The notes under the pieces: model-generated
The model's database searches: none
Seen by the model: only the letters and a program-made list of their open reading frames with translations
What the model was told of the DNA's origin: nothing
NCBI RefSeq assembly: GCF_009834535.1
Contig: NC_045707.1
Coordinates: 54,438,001 to 54,502,000 of the forward strand
Direction: 5' to 3'
DNA from: Camelus ferus
Lineage: Eukaryota
DNA length: 64,000 nt
Shown: positions 26,612-40,460 of the stretch, piece after piece
How the letters are laid out: the number at the start of each line of letters is the position of its first letter
How positions within the stretch are numbered: position 1 is the first letter of the stretch
Made by a program: the position numbers and the translations under genes

Positions 26612-28263
26612 TCACTCCGTGAAGTTTTTATTAATTTAGGTTTCAAAATATCAAATTCTGCAGTTCAGAACATTACCTTGACTTATTTTTTGAATTCAAA
26701 GGATATCACCTTATATACTTATTTCAAAATGTGAAGCATCACATGTATTGTAAATTTCTTATCTAGAAAAAAATACCTATATGATGTTCAGAAAATGCTA
26801 AGTAAGCGATTATAACATGTATTTTACATTTGCAAATTTTAAGAACACAACACTCATTTACAGGAGATTTGAAGTAAAGATGGAAAATCTTCATGATACT
26901 GATCTCTATACTGAATTAATCATTTATTTCTCTCTCCTTATAATGTTTGCAAGTGGATAATAAACATAAAATTTTACAGATTTGGATACACTTTCATGTC
27001 AAAAATAAAATATTAAAATAAAAATGAATTTTTCACTACAGCAAAAATGATCTATTCTAAAACTCACTGAATTTCCATACTCTCTACTTGCTCCTCATTT
27101 TTCCCTTTTTTGTAAGTTTTGTTCAGTGCGTGCATGTGCAATTCTCTGAAGGATATAAAAATAACTTGCCTGTGCTGTTTTCCTAACAATGATACTATGA
27201 GAGCAGAAAAAAAGTCTTTTGAAAAAATAAATAAGTGCTCTACAAATACAAGGTATTATATCATTGTTGTCTTTTATAGAAAAAAGCTGCATTCACTTTA
27301 AGGAAATGAAGACAGCATAGATTAATTGAAGATTCTGCATTGGTCTCGCTCCTATAGAAGGCTCACTCTCATTTACTCATTCAATTATATCTCATTTCGT
27401 CTATCTATTCAGTACATTGCCCATTTCAGAGACCTATGGACCTTTTTTTTAAAGTCAGCACTTTGAAAATAGAATAACTTTTCTCTAAGTGATCTGTAAA
27501 TAGATGTGCCTTCTGTTCTTTAAGGAAAATTCTCTTGGGATTTAAAGCCTACTTTCAAATTCCTACTGGAACACACTGATTTCAAAAGTCTCTCTCCTCT
27601 TGGGAGTTGAGAATCAACTTATTTGTAATCAAATAAATATTAACAGAAATGTATTCTGATATATTTATTTTTGCATCAGGAAACAAAAAGGGTCTCTAGA
27701 TACTTGATTGCCTATTTTCAGTTAATACAATTAAATAACAAAATACATGCCACCACTGACCAAATCTATCACCTTATGATTTTAGGAAACATTGTCTTAA
27801 AGGATGTTGCTTTAAACCTTGAATAAAATAAAGACTTCTTTCGTAAGATAAAATAGAGTAGGTCAGGATCATATTTCTCTCAATTTTGTTTTGTTTTTTT
27901 TTTCAATTTTCTGAAATAGAAAACTTAGAAAGTTCTGAATCAATCTGGATCAGAAGTGGAAAAGTGAATTCGAATTTAGAACAACACATAATCCTGACTT
28001 CCCTTCAAATTGTCATATCACTTGCAAAAACGCATTTAACTTACTACAGGCTCCTCGTTTTAATTATATCTCAAAAAATCAGGGCTATTTTGTGGTGGTA
28101 CTACATAAGTGGACTACTTTCAAATTCTTTTTATCTTCTTATCTTCTTCCAGATAAAGACACATGCATTCAGTCAACAAGCATTTAGGAGCATCGGCTAC
28201 GTGCCAGGGACATTGCTCTCATCTGAGATGTGAAGATGAAGAGGCACATATATAGTTTCTCTT

Positions 28264-28421
28264 CAGGGCTGGTTTCAGGGACATACAACCTGCTTTTGGA
28301 AGAGCCCCACACTTGGTTTAAGACTTGGTAGTTGCCATCTTGAAGTTTTTAATAATTTTTGAACAAGGGACGTCATATTTACATTTTGCACTGGGCTCTT
28401 TAAATTAGGTAGTCAGCCCTG
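28264..28421 (+). mobile_element. MER45A-like hAT-Tip100 MITE inserted into an L2
   Basis: TIRs cagggctg / cagccctg, with internal gccatcttgaagtttttaataattttgaacaagggac...ttttgcactgggc; L2 sequence on both flanks. Confidence 0.75.
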
Positions 28422-28569
28422 TCCCCTGTAGTTAAGCTCAGAGTCAGTCACACAGCCTGACATATTTGTGAATAAATACATTGTATTTATGTTATAATTT
28501 TTATGGACATCCAGAAAGAAAATGCCTAAGTCAGCTTTAGAAAATCAGAGAGCACTTCAAAAAGGAGAG

Positions 28570-29470
28570 TTACTCATTCAACAGTTACTACTGAGTAATT
28601 GCTTTGCATTGGGCACTGTTCTAAGTGCTAGAGAAAGATTAGTGCATAAAACAAAACAAACAAAAACTACCCTCGTGAAGGTTACTTTCAAGCCAGCAGA
28701 GCCAAACAACAAAACATAAAACTATTAAAACAGATGGTGGGAAGTGCTATAGAGAAAAAGTTAAGTCAGGAAGTAGAATAAGGAGTGTTGGGGATTATTA
28801 GGAAGATTGCAATTTAAAAAAGGATGCAAGAAGATGGCATCATGGAGAAAATGACTTTTGAGTGAAGGACCAAAGGAGATGAGGAGATTAGGGGAAAGAG
28901 CACTGCAAGCAAGAGGAAACAGCAAGTAGGAAGAAAGGACCTGAGACATAAAGGAGCCTGCTGAGTTCACGGAGGGCAAGGCAGCTGGTGTGGCGGGTGT
29001 GGGGAGAGTGGGGTTAGCGGGCGGGGACTGGGAGGCTGGGGAGGAAGGTTTGGTGGGGGAACAGGTCTTTTAAGGACATGTCAGCCACTCTCAGGACTTT
29101 AGTTTGTATTGAGTGAAATGGAAAGCAACTGGCAGGTTTTGTACAAGTAATATGGTTAGGCTTATATTTTAATAGGAGCAATCCTGCTGCCATGTTGAAA
29201 ATAGACTTAAAAGGCCCAGGTGTGGAAGCTGGGAGAACAGGTTGGATTTTATTTAATAATCCAGTTAAGAGGTGTTCGTGGGTTTGGCCAGAGAGTAGAA
29301 GTGGAGTTGGTGAGAGGTGATCAGATTCTGTATATGTTTTATAGTGGTGTCATCAGAATTTACCCATAGCTTGAATACAGAGATGTGAGAGAAAAAGAGG
29401 CGTCAAAGATGACTTGAGTAATGGACATATGAAGCTATCACTTACAGAGATGGGAAAGACTGGGAGAAAC
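28570..29470 (-). mobile_element. L2a-like LINE fragment
   Basis: ctcattcaacaag...ggcactgttctaagtgctag, agtgaaatggaaagcaactggcagg, gtcaaagatgact motifs of antisense L2. Confidence 0.7.
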
Positions 29471-29520
29471 AAGGTAATTTTAATTTAACATATAACACTT
29501 GAAAAATCCTGCTGAAGTGA

Positions 29521-29805
29521 AAGGAAACCTCCTATACTGTTGGAATACAAATTGGTGCAGCCACTATGGAGAACAGTATGGAGGGTCCTTAAAAAACTAA
29601 AAATAGAGTTACCATATGATCCAGCAATCTCACTCCTGGATATATATCCGGAGAAAACTCTAACTCCAAAAAATACATGCACTCCAGTGTTCATAGCAGC
29701 ACTATTTATAATAGCCATGACATGGAAGCAACCTAAATGTCCACTGATAGATGAATGGACAGATGTGCCTCTCTGTCTCTTTCTCCCTCTCTACACACAC
29801 ACACA

Positions 29806-29861
<56 letters not shown>

Positions 29862-30329
29862 GGAATATTACTCAGCAATAAAAAAGAACGAACTGATGCC
29901 ATTTTCAGCAACATGAATGGACCTAGAGATTATCATAGTAAGTGAAATAAGTCAGACAGAGAAAGACAAATATAATATGATATCACTTATACGTGGAATC
30001 TAAAAAAAACAATACAAGTGAACTTATTTACAAACTGGAAATAGACTCACAGACACAGAAAACAAATTATGGTTACCAAAGGGGAAAGGGGTGGGGATAG
30101 GGATAAATTATGAGTTTGGAATTAACATATACACACTACTATATATAAAATATATAAACAACAATGACCTACTGTATAGCACAGGGAATTATATTCAATA
30201 GCTTGTAATAACCTATAATGGAAAATAATCTGAAAAAGAATATATGTATATACAATTGAATCACTTTGCTATACACCTGAAACCAACACAACATCATAAA
30301 TCAACTATATACTTCAACTAAAAAAAAAA
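29521..30329 (+). mobile_element. 5'-truncated L1 (~0.8 kb) with TSD and internal (CA)n
   Basis: ORF 29540-29881 [33 protein letters not shown]...[21 protein letters not shown] is L1 ORF2 C-terminus. It has an A tail and a TSD aaaaatcc(c)tgctgaagtga at 29502-29520 and 30325-30344. Confidence 0.95.
29793..29859 (+). repeat. (CA)n microsatellite (~33 units, one interruption)
   Basis: Directly visible, inside the L1. Confidence 0.95.
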
Positions 30330-31581
30330 TCCCTGCTGAAGTGATTTATGTGTCTACAGCCCCCACTAGTCTGCAAGAAGCTCAAGGCTAGGGATACTCT
30401 GAGGGTTCTTTGCAACTCCAAAGCCTGTAGGTGGCCAATAAATGTTAATGAACTTTAATGAGTCAGATTACTTACTATGCCATCAGTTAAAACCCTACTG
30501 CCCTCTTGGGTTGTCTGACTCTGTACTCAATGGTTTTGATTTCATTAGACAATCATAAACATAATCTGTCCAGACTTGTTCGGTGAACAGTAGCTGCTAG
30601 TTCAATTAGTCACTGCCACCCACATCTCATTCCTTCAGGAACCTGAATGAGAGATGTTGGCAGAACAAATACTTCTTTAAAAGGATTTCACTGAAACAAA
30701 ATTTTAAAAGACTACTACAATAGAAATACTGTAGGACAGTCTTATTTGTTTAATGTTTGCAACAATTTGTTTAATATGTGAGTACCTTTATTTTCTCTTT
30801 CTGATTTTTAGGGGAATAGTTTTCCATGGACATAAGAGCCCCTGGCAAAAAGGAAACATAAAAATCTAATGTTTTTGCTGCCATGATATAAGGTTGCAAA
30901 AGAAAAAAAAACTTTTATTTTTTATACTACCTGTTATGTTTCATTGTTTAGTCTCCTTTATTTATCTTTCTTCTCTATTCCTTTTCTTTGGAAGTCACCC
31001 ATTAGATGAAAGAGGATAATGGCATATTTCCAGTAAATCTATAAATATTTATTGAGCAACAATGGGTTTTAACACTATACAAGTGATAAAATCAAGGAAA
31101 GCAGAAGCAATTTCTTAACAAATCAAATTATTTTAAAATTGAGCCTTTGCTGGTATTCTGAATATTTGGAACAAAGTAAAAGGAAATATTTTTGTACAAG
31201 AGCATTTGTAATATGAAAACAGAGCATGTAACCATTGTTGAAAATTATTAAAGCTTATTACTAATTGCACTTGAGAAAGGTAGACATTCTCCTGAATGTC
31301 TGAAAAGATTTATGGAATGAAACATGCAGAACTGCTCACTTTCTTAGTTAATAGTTCATTTCAGTTGCACATTTTATTTCAGGGAAAAAGTTTAAAAGAT
31401 ACTGGACCATAGAATATATTCGTAAGAAGCTGCAGTTTTTTCCCAGAAAATTGGTTTAATATGTATGTATGAATTGTAAATGTAAATATTAATATGTACA
31501 TATGTAATATGTAAATGTAAGTGTATAAATAGCATTTAAATTACTGTATGTAGTGGAATTAGAAAAAAGATTATTTTTCTC

Positions 31582-31629
31582 TTTTTTATATTGAAGTACA
31601 GTTACAATGTGTCAATTTCTGGTGTACAG
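31582..31629 (-). mobile_element. Very short L1 3' tip
   Basis: ttttttatattgaagtacagttacaatgtgtcaatttctggtgtacag resembles the extreme 3' end of a younger camelid-type L1. Confidence 0.6.
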
Positions 31630-33030
31630 ATATTAGATGAAAATAATCAGTCATTTCATGATAATTTTCTAGGAAACAGACACAGAATATAGTGTGGGTA
31701 AATCAGATTTTATAACTGATATCCCAGTGCAAGTTGTTTACTATTTATTCATTTATTTAATCTTATTTCATTCAGAAGGAAAGGTATTTTATTACTATTG
31801 AAACTCTAGAAAAAAGATTTAGGAATAGTTAAATGACAAAATCAGATGTAACAACCAGCAATTTTCACATTGTCTAAGTATATCACTATCTAGTGTGTTG
31901 AAATACCACTAAATGAAGAGTGGCCAGCTTGTGCTGGGGCCACAAATTTAAATCGGTTGAGATTCTAAGAATCTCTTCTGTGTTAAAAAAAAAAAATCCA
32001 ATGTGTTTTGAAAGGTCTAGAAGACATCTACAAGAAAATTTGGCAAACACTACTAACAACCTCAAAATGAATTATAAATAAAATAATCACAACATTGAGA
32101 GGGTGGTTTTTCAGGTCTCTGTGATATAAGATGCTGAGTATTAGTGTAGACTTTTGCATCTACTGATATTTGGCTTTCTGGTATAAAAATTTTCTTTCAA
32201 ATCCAACCTGCCTGGACTATTATTACTAGAGACCTGAAAATGGTGCATTTAATTAATAATTCTTACTAAACACAAGAAACAGATAAGCCTGCATCCCATC
32301 ATACCAATTTATTATACATTTATATTATATATTTATCATATCTCATATTCATCCATATTCATTAAAATAATGCCACCATATTTTTCCATCTTTCAATTTT
32401 GATCTATTTCAAAGCCAACTAATCCATTTTCTATAATATTTCTGATATTTCTGTTCCATCTATAGACACTGTACTAGAAGTGGATTTTTCTCCAGAAAGT
32501 TCAGGTTTTTCAGAAACATTACCTGCCTTTATTTTCTCTAAATTAAAATCTATGAGCCCTAATATCACAACCATAGTGGGCGGGACCTTCTCTTTCCCTA
32601 GGCTTCTATAGGGAGATTTATGTGTTGCTGACAGAATGAAAAAAGTCTTCTCGTTTTCTGGGCATCCAGGTCCCATTAAGTCCTCTATTGCTCCCACTTC
32701 ATAAACTCTTGAGGTGGGGTTTAGGCTAAGTTTGCCCAGTTCACTTGGGCTACCCTCTTTGCAAGACTTGCAAGAATGTCTTGCATTATACTTTTGAATG
32801 TGAGGGTGTTTTGCAGCTATCTGTTCTCAGCCTGAGGCCTCAGCCACAGTCTGCATACGCATGGGCCAGCTTTGAGCACTGTGATTTAGTGTCTCCATCA
32901 CAGCACAAGAATACATCAAATAAATTCACTTATTAATGAAAACATGGATGCATCTTTTACCTGGGATCTCATATGCAGAATAAAAGGCAGTATCTTTTTT
33001 CTTATGAAGAACATTTTTCTGGAGATCTTC

Positions 33031-33530
33031 TGTGTGGGAAAGAGTTAGCATGGTAGGTCTCAGACTGCTGAGTCTTAGAAAATCCTGCTTGCAAGGTTGA
33101 CCCTTAGCTTGTACCTGGGAATTTGGCTGATAAACAGTTCCCTACACTGATATAAAGCTTCCTTAAATGACAAGAGTGACTCACTGAGCCTGATGTGGTT
33201 TATGCTGAAACCCTGCTCTCCTTTGGGGATTCCAGAATTTGGTATGTGCTAGACAGAGGGTGCCTACGTGATCAGTCCTTAGTATGAATCTGGGACACTG
33301 AACCTCTGCTGGAGAAGGTTTGTGCTGTGTGACTCCACCGGCAACAGACTCTTGAAGGCTGGTGCCTGGCTTCCTCCATACTTATGCCCATGCACCTTTT
33401 CCCTTTCCTGATTTCACTTTGTATCCTTTCACTGTAATAAATCTTAACCATGAGTACAATTACATGCTGAGTCCTGTGAGTTGTTCTGGTGAATCTCTGA
33501 GTTTGGATTGAGCTTGGAGACTTCAACACA
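33031..33530 (+). mobile_element. MER68-like ERVL solo LTR
   Basis: TG...CA ends; aagagttagcatggtaggtctcagactgct, gcttgcaaggttgaccctt, gagggtgcctacgtga, and polyA signal gtaataaatcttaaccatgagtacaa. Confidence 0.8.
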
Positions 33531-33864
33531 TTCCCTAGAAAGGAGAATTTTATTTCTAGCCAAGAGTTCAAGATTCAGAAATGATGCTGTCAATACACAA
33601 AAATTTATTAACTTCATCTAAAATATTTGCATCTTTATTCAGGTAATTGCTATGATTACTTGCTTACAACTATTTTTAATTGCTACTCTTATTTCATTCC
33701 ATCATCAATTCAGTTACTGAATCAGCCTGAGCACAATGGATTTTTCAAATAAGATGTCCAATTCCTCTGCATATTTCTGCCCATTCTGTTCCCATTTCCT
33801 TGAGTGCCTCCTCCCACTCTCCCATTTGCAGAAGCCTAATGTCTTTTAAGAGCCACTGAGACAC

Positions 33865-34085
33865 AGTGGAGTGGCTGATGCATGGTTTTGGAATCAGATA
33901 ATCTGGGCTCAAATGATGCTACTTACTAGCTATAACCTTGAGCAAGGTTCTATAGCTCAGTTTCCTTATTTGAAAAATGCATATAATAGAAAGGAAACCT
34001 AGAATAGGTACTTCTAACTCAGGACTAGTTGGTTCAATATTTGTAAAGTGTTTAAAGCTGTCCATAGTACATTGTAGGATATTAC
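33865..34085 (+). mobile_element. MIR
   Basis: tttggaatcagataatctgggctcaaat...cttactagctataaccttgagcaag...ctcagtttccttatttgaaaaatg. Confidence 0.7.
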
Positions 34086-35639
34086 TTATAGATTTAGAAA
34101 ATAATACTGGCTTCATAATTGTTCTGAAGAATGTATTATACTGGCTCCCTAATTGCTCTGAGGAAAAAACATGGTGTGCCGCATTGGCTGAGACCACGGA
34201 GTAGGGGTGATGGAGCTGACTTTAAGGAAGAAGCGTGCTTTTCTGTCTTGAGTGACTGAACCCAGCTTCCATTCTCCTGAAGCAGCAGGTAGAATGGGGT
34301 AAGTTGTTCTGTGCCTGATTTATGCAATGCCTCAGGGGGGCACTGTTTCAAAAGGTCTAGAATACTTTCACATGAAAATCGAACACTGCCAATAACTTCA
34401 AAATAAAGTGTAAACTAAACAGACACAGTATCAAAAAGTCTGCTTTTCAATCTGTAGGATTTGAAAATATACTGAGTTTTAGTGTTTGCTTTTGAGTCTA
34501 CCAGTGTTTGACTTTCAGTTATAAAACTTTTCTTCTAAACCCAATCAGCTTGGGTGGTTGAGCCTTTTGGCCTTCTGAACTCAGAAGACTTAAGATGAGA
34601 CTAGAAAAACATCTTGGCATCTGCTCACACTTTCTGCCACTCTGCCCCTACATGCCCCAGAAATAACAGTTCTTTTACCTTTGCAGCCCTTTAGTCCATT
34701 GACCCCTCCACATCCTCACTGTTCACATCTACTGCCTGTCTTCACCACTCTTTTCACTTTATGAGATTCATGATTTATAAGTAACTTCTTTACAACCACC
34801 CTTATCTCTCCCTTAATCTCAGCAGCCAAGTCTATGCTGGCTCCAGTGCAGCTGAAGTTTGCTGGAGAAAATATTACAACTTTGCAGAATGCTATAAAAA
34901 TCACGATCACTGACATTACATCAGCTCTCCCTGCTTCCTGGCAAGGCTAGTGGTTTTCTGGTGAGGTCCCTCTCTCCTGGGGAATAAGACTGTGTGCAGG
35001 GTATTACAGAGTGGAGGAGAAGTGAGGGAGTACTCTTTTGGGAACACTAAAAATGATCATAAATCATGGATATATAAATACACGTTCCCCATTTATGGAT
35101 TTGGCCAGAGCTCACCTTAATCCTTAGACCAGTATGTCTAAGGAATTAACCTAAAGTTGAGCTCTGGATCCACTCCACACAGACTCTGGAGTCACACAAT
35201 TACTTGAGCCTCAGAAGCTCCTTCCCGCCTACTTACCTCAGCTGATTTTGACGGCAAACACAGTATCTTGGAGGCACTCTGTCCCTATTACAAATAAGGT
35301 GTGGAAGGGCATTCATATCCGGCTGCCTTCATGTGAAAACGAGTTTTGTGTTTGTTTTCATCCTCCAACTATGAGCTGTGAACAACAGTAGTTCTAATTT
35401 AGACACTGTTGAAAAATAACTCTTTTCACAAGTCTTTTATCAAATTGTCTCTCCAAAGTTCAGGCATTCCCTAAAACTCTTGTGGAATCCTTGGTATGCC
35501 TCACTGAAGAAAAGACCAAGGGAACATTTTTTCCCCTTAAATACCACTGTATTAAACTTGGATTTGAGATACAATATTTTTTCTTAGATTTTGTAAAGGC
35601 CCTGACATTTCATTACAGTGTTACATTATTATTTCATTT

Positions 35640-36420
35640 CAAACAAAAACTAACTGGTTGTACTGCAATTCAATTCTGGCACTAACCACCTGGAGGTGGC
35701 AAAGACCCCATAAGCTAAAGGGCACAGATCCCAAAAGGACAGGTCTTACTTCAGATGCCTGCCACATTTCAGGGGTCACTGGGCCACCCACACATCTGAC
35801 TGACTACCTGTAAATCTGGAGGTTCCCACTACCCCATTAGGTTTGATAATTTGCTAGCATAACTCAGAGAACTCAGAAAAATGCTGTTCTTTATGATTAT
35901 TGTTTTATTTTCGAAGAATACAAAGCAAGAGGACCATTCAAGTGAAGAGGCACAGAGGGTGAGGTCTGGGAAGGAACAGAGAGCTGCTGAGTCCTCTCCC
36001 TGTGGAATCGGGGCACCTCACCCTCCCAGCACATCAGTGTATTCACCAACCAGGAAGCTTTACCGACCGAGTTTCAGTGCCCAGAATGTTCACTGCAGTT
36101 TAATTACATAGGCACGACTGATTAGATCACTGACCAAATAATTGAACTCAGTCCGCAACCTCCCTCCTCTCCACTTTGGCCATGTGATGAAGCTCCAACC
36201 CTTTAATCACGTGGTTGACCTTTCTGCAATGGCTTACCCCATCCTACATCATCTTGAGAGAGTAAGCTCTCTAGGGGTCCACCATGAGCCACCTAATTAG
36301 TATAAACTACCAGGGCCCACTATAAATAGCAGGGGAGCTCCTATCACTGAGGAAACCCAAGGGATTCAGTTTTCCTCCTAGGAAGCAGAGACAAAAGCCA
36401 GTCAAATTCCTAATGGTAAC
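35640..36420 (-). mobile_element. MER21-like ERVL LTR
   Basis: caattcaattctggcactaaccacctggag, cttcagatgcctgccaca, ggtttgataatttgctag, cctatcactgaggaaacccaagggatt are antisense MER21-type motifs. Confidence 0.75.
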
Positions 36421-36894
36421 AACAATTATTCCATTTTCATTACTAAAGGATATAATAATAAACAGATGGTACATATGGGTATATGAATTTAAAACAGACA
36501 GCACATAATATTTGCTACTATGTACTGTCCCGCAGTTTCTATAAATCTAAGTGCCTTGTTCCGCAGCTCCATCCCTCATCACTTCTGTCGTCTCTTGAGG
36601 AAGTTTCTTAGATTCAGTGACTCGATTTTCTCATTTGTAAATGGTGAAAATAAAACATCTACTTCGTTGCTAATTATTCATTACCTATCCTTGTCTCCTG
36701 CTCGTTTCTGTCACAGGCTGTCTTGTTCATTTTCATATCCTTTCTAGTGCCTTGCACATGGGAGGCCGCAAATGTATACACCAGGGATTTTGATGGATTC
36801 TGAACCAAAGGATTCAACCATTATTTTCTGCTTCAGTTACTTTCATTATCTTTATTTGGCACAAGGGAGGGGGAAGATTTGGGAATTAAGGGGA

Positions 36895-37460
36895 ATTTTA
36901 GCAGAATTCTTTCCCAAAGCAAGAAATGGAAAACCCAATTCAAACTGGCTTAGGCAAAATTAAGAATGTAATTGCCCCATGCAACCGAACCATCCATGGG
37001 CAGCTCTGCCTTCTGGTGTGGGTTGTTTCAAGACTGAAATGTCACTCAACCCATGTCTTGGTTCAACTTTCCTTGGGGTACCTCTATCCCCAGTTTTGAC
37101 TGATGGCTTCTAGTAGCTTCAAGCTTTTCTCCAGTGGTCCCAAGACGGCTGCAGACAGACCTCAAATCGTTATACCGCCTCCCTAGGAGAAGCCTGAAAG
37201 GGCTTTTCTTTTTTAGAAACTCCAAAACACATGTAAGTACCGGCTCAGAATGATCATCTGCCCATCCCTGACTTAATCACTTTGTTCAGAGAAGAGTGAG
37301 ATATATTATTAGCTTAAGCCTATCAGATACTATACTTAGAACCGGGCATCCTGTTAGCCCCATCCAAACTGAATTTAATAAAAATGCAAAGTGTGAATTC
37401 CCCAGATGACGTAAGTAATTGTTGCCTGATGGTGTGGTGACTGATGAATACAGTTAAAGC
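36895..37460 (-). mobile_element. Old MLT1 (K/L-like) LTR
   Basis: aaacccaattcaaactggcttaggcaaaa and catctgcccatccctgacttaatcact motifs. Confidence 0.5.
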
Positions 37461-37546
37461 AAACTACAAATTTTTTTTCAGCCACTGTCTTGCAAATGCC
37501 ACCTGCATCCTTTTATTAGGAAGACTGTGATACTTCCCAATGTCTC

Positions 37547-37577
37547 TCCTTCCTTCCTTCCTTCCTTCCTTCCCTCC
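37547..37577 (+). repeat. (TTCC)n pyrimidine microsatellite
   Basis: About 6 TTCC units within a longer pyrimidine-rich tract. Confidence 0.9.
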
Positions 37578-39329
37578 CTCTTTCATTTCTTTCTTCCTAC
37601 TTTTGCTATTTCTTTTTTTCACACTTTCTGCCTCTGGGCTATTGGCTCATTTTACTCCATCCTTTCCTTCATCTCTCACCCTTATTTTCTTCTTTTTAGT
37701 TATATCTGGCTTCAACTGCATTTCAGAAGCTTTGGTCACCAATGAGGGTACAGAACTAAAAACCAATAGACATGTATTGAGCATAGAGCTGATCCTTCTT
37801 ACTCTCGGGTAACTCATTATGAGATGAATTGCCTCCTGGGAGAATTCTTCAGTTGAATATATCTCTATTTCAAGGAACTCAGATGAAACCCATAGGAAAA
37901 AGTTTTATCATGACCCCGATTTTTTTTTAATTGAAATGCCAGTATGTAGGAAAGAGAGTATTCTTGACCTTGAATGTCCTTTGTCTCACAGCACAGCTTG
38001 CTACATCATCCCAAAGATTAATGAGTCTGTTTTTAATAGACTAAAATTGGGATTCACAATTATCCTTTAGCACATGATGTTTACAAAAGCATTTGATTTT
38101 AATATGCAGTTGTTTTGTCAGTGTAAACACTTTTTGACCTATATCCTTTCTTCTGTATAGCTTCCTCAGCTGGGGAGGAAATGCTACCATGGCAACATGT
38201 CAGCTGTTGCCACCTTTTCATGGCTTCAATGGCCTATTCAGAAGCAATTACAATTTCCAAACCAACTTATAGCGAAGTTCAGTGGCAGTACAAGTGACTT
38301 CAGCATCCTGCTGCCTCATGGAATTATTTGTACAAACTCCTGAATTTCTTTTCAATTTAACTGTAGCCTCACATGGAAAGTTAACCACATTTAAATTTCA
38401 CTAAAGTTCCATTTTTTGTTTGATGACTATCTTTTACCAGGAAAGAAACCCTCTCTGAAACACTGTGATGAATCTTGTCCAAATGTAGTGGCATTTGATA
38501 TGCCATTCTTTAAACTTATATTTTTTTGCAAAAAAGCATATGTTTCTTTGATCTCTTGACTTTCATATTATGTTTATCACTAATCTTAGAAACTGTCTTC
38601 TTTTCCTGTCTTTTTTTTTTTCGCAAAGAAACACAGATTTACAATTTCAGTGAGTTAAAGTATATTCAGATATGTTTAGATGTAGTAGGGTTACCTGCTT
38701 ATGAGCTAAATAATCAAATAATTCATCCATATTAAATCCCATACACTTCTATTTCTATTTTACATGTCTTTTAGCTTTTCTTTAATTATTTTTTAAAAAT
38801 ATTAACATTATTGTGTCTTGATGACTTCTGAAATAATTCTTAAATCTGATATTCCAACTCACTAATTCCTTCTTGAGCTGTATATATTCTCTTATTTTTC
38901 ACACTGATTATGTTTTTTATTTTGATTACTAGTTCTGCTCTTTCCTATGCCCACATTTCCTTCAGTCAGTATCTTCCTTTTTACCACAGAGTTTGAAGCA
39001 ATGACCTAGACTCATATTGTCCAAGGTGTAAGTCAGGAAGCATGATAGATCTGCTTCACAGAATTTCACTTGTCTGGAATAAACAATAGTTGCTCATTAC
39101 ATTCTACGCTGGGATGTCATCCATTTTAATCTCATTAAAGTCCCCGGGACAGACAGACTAGGACCTGGCTTTTGGCTCTTTCCCATATCCATTACCAAAG
39201 TAAGTGATGCCTTCTTGAATAACGTGACCTCCAGACAAATATAACCAGAAACGAAAGGAGTACAATTACTACAATGCAAAGTGGGGGAAAAAATCTGAAC
39301 AATATTTATCATCTCAGAAAGTATTATCA

Positions 39330-40460
39330 GAATTTAAAATTCAAATAAATAATTTAAAAGTAGCTTGATAAATATACTTAAGAAGATAAAAAAAGATAGG
39401 AACAATTTGAAACTAGAACAAAAAGTCACCCTCCAAATTCCAAGTTAAAATATGTTACATCAATTATGAAAAATACAGTGTTTGAAAAAAATGCAATAGA
39501 TGGAAGAAAAAGCAAGTAAATGCCGCTGAAGGCTGAAATAATCAATTGGAAAGTTCAGATCGAGGAACTTGATCAGGAAGGAGTAGAGAAAAATTGTATA
39601 TGAGAGAAAGGCTGAAAGATGTGAAAGGTAAAAATAGAAATTCCAACATCAGAAAATAAAGAGCCTCAAGAAAGAAAAAGAGAAGAAACTAAAGAGAGTA
39701 AAATATCTCAAACTGCAAGTATTCCTTGGGTGCCAAATAGAAGCACAACAACTGAAAGGGTTGAGATAAACTTTTATAAATTGCAAAAGATATTATTTAC
39801 TTAAAGCAATACTTTAAGAACTAATAAGATAGCTGAGGAAATTTTCTAGATGTGAAACCTATATCATTTGCTTCATCAGTAATAATGAATTCGAAAATCT
39901 AATAAAAATGAGATACCATTTACAATAGCAAAAATGACCATAAAGTGTATTTCAAGTAAAATAATTCAGAACACACAAGAACTCTACAGAGATTAAAAAG
40001 ATTTAAAAGTGATTTTAAAAAGGAATATAGAAGATTATATGAAAAGCAGGAGGAATTACATACTCTTGGCTAGAACAGTATTATAATTATATCAATTCTT
40101 TACAATTTAATTCATCTGTTTAATACAATTCCAATTAAAATTCCAGTTAAATACTTTGAGGAGTAAAATTAATTTGCTCCAAAATTTATGTGGAAGAATA
40201 AATGTTCATGAGTGCTTAAGTCAACTATGAAAAAGAAAACATTGAGGATATACCCTTCCAGACACTAAAATACTAAAAAATCAAAAATAGTAAGGACAGA
40301 GAGTTGTAGCATGATTAGAAAAAATAACACTGCCTAGAGCAGAACACTCAGAAACAGATCCCAACATATGGGAATATCAAATAAGTGATAAATTTAACAC
40401 CACAAATCAATGGCAATGGTAATACTTAGTAGAGATGCTGAGAAAACTGACTTGCTGTGT
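39330..40460 (+). mobile_element. Highly diverged L1M (ORF1/ORF2) fragments
   Basis: A-rich, with gataccatttacaatagcaaaa, aatacaattccaattaaaattcca, ccaaaatttatgtggaag, cagaaacagatcccaac ORF2-like motifs. Confidence 0.6.

Noticed and set aside
29485..29945. Several overlapping 64-113 aa ORFs
   Set aside because: L1 ORF2 remnant plus (CA)n translation (THTH/VCVC); not genes.
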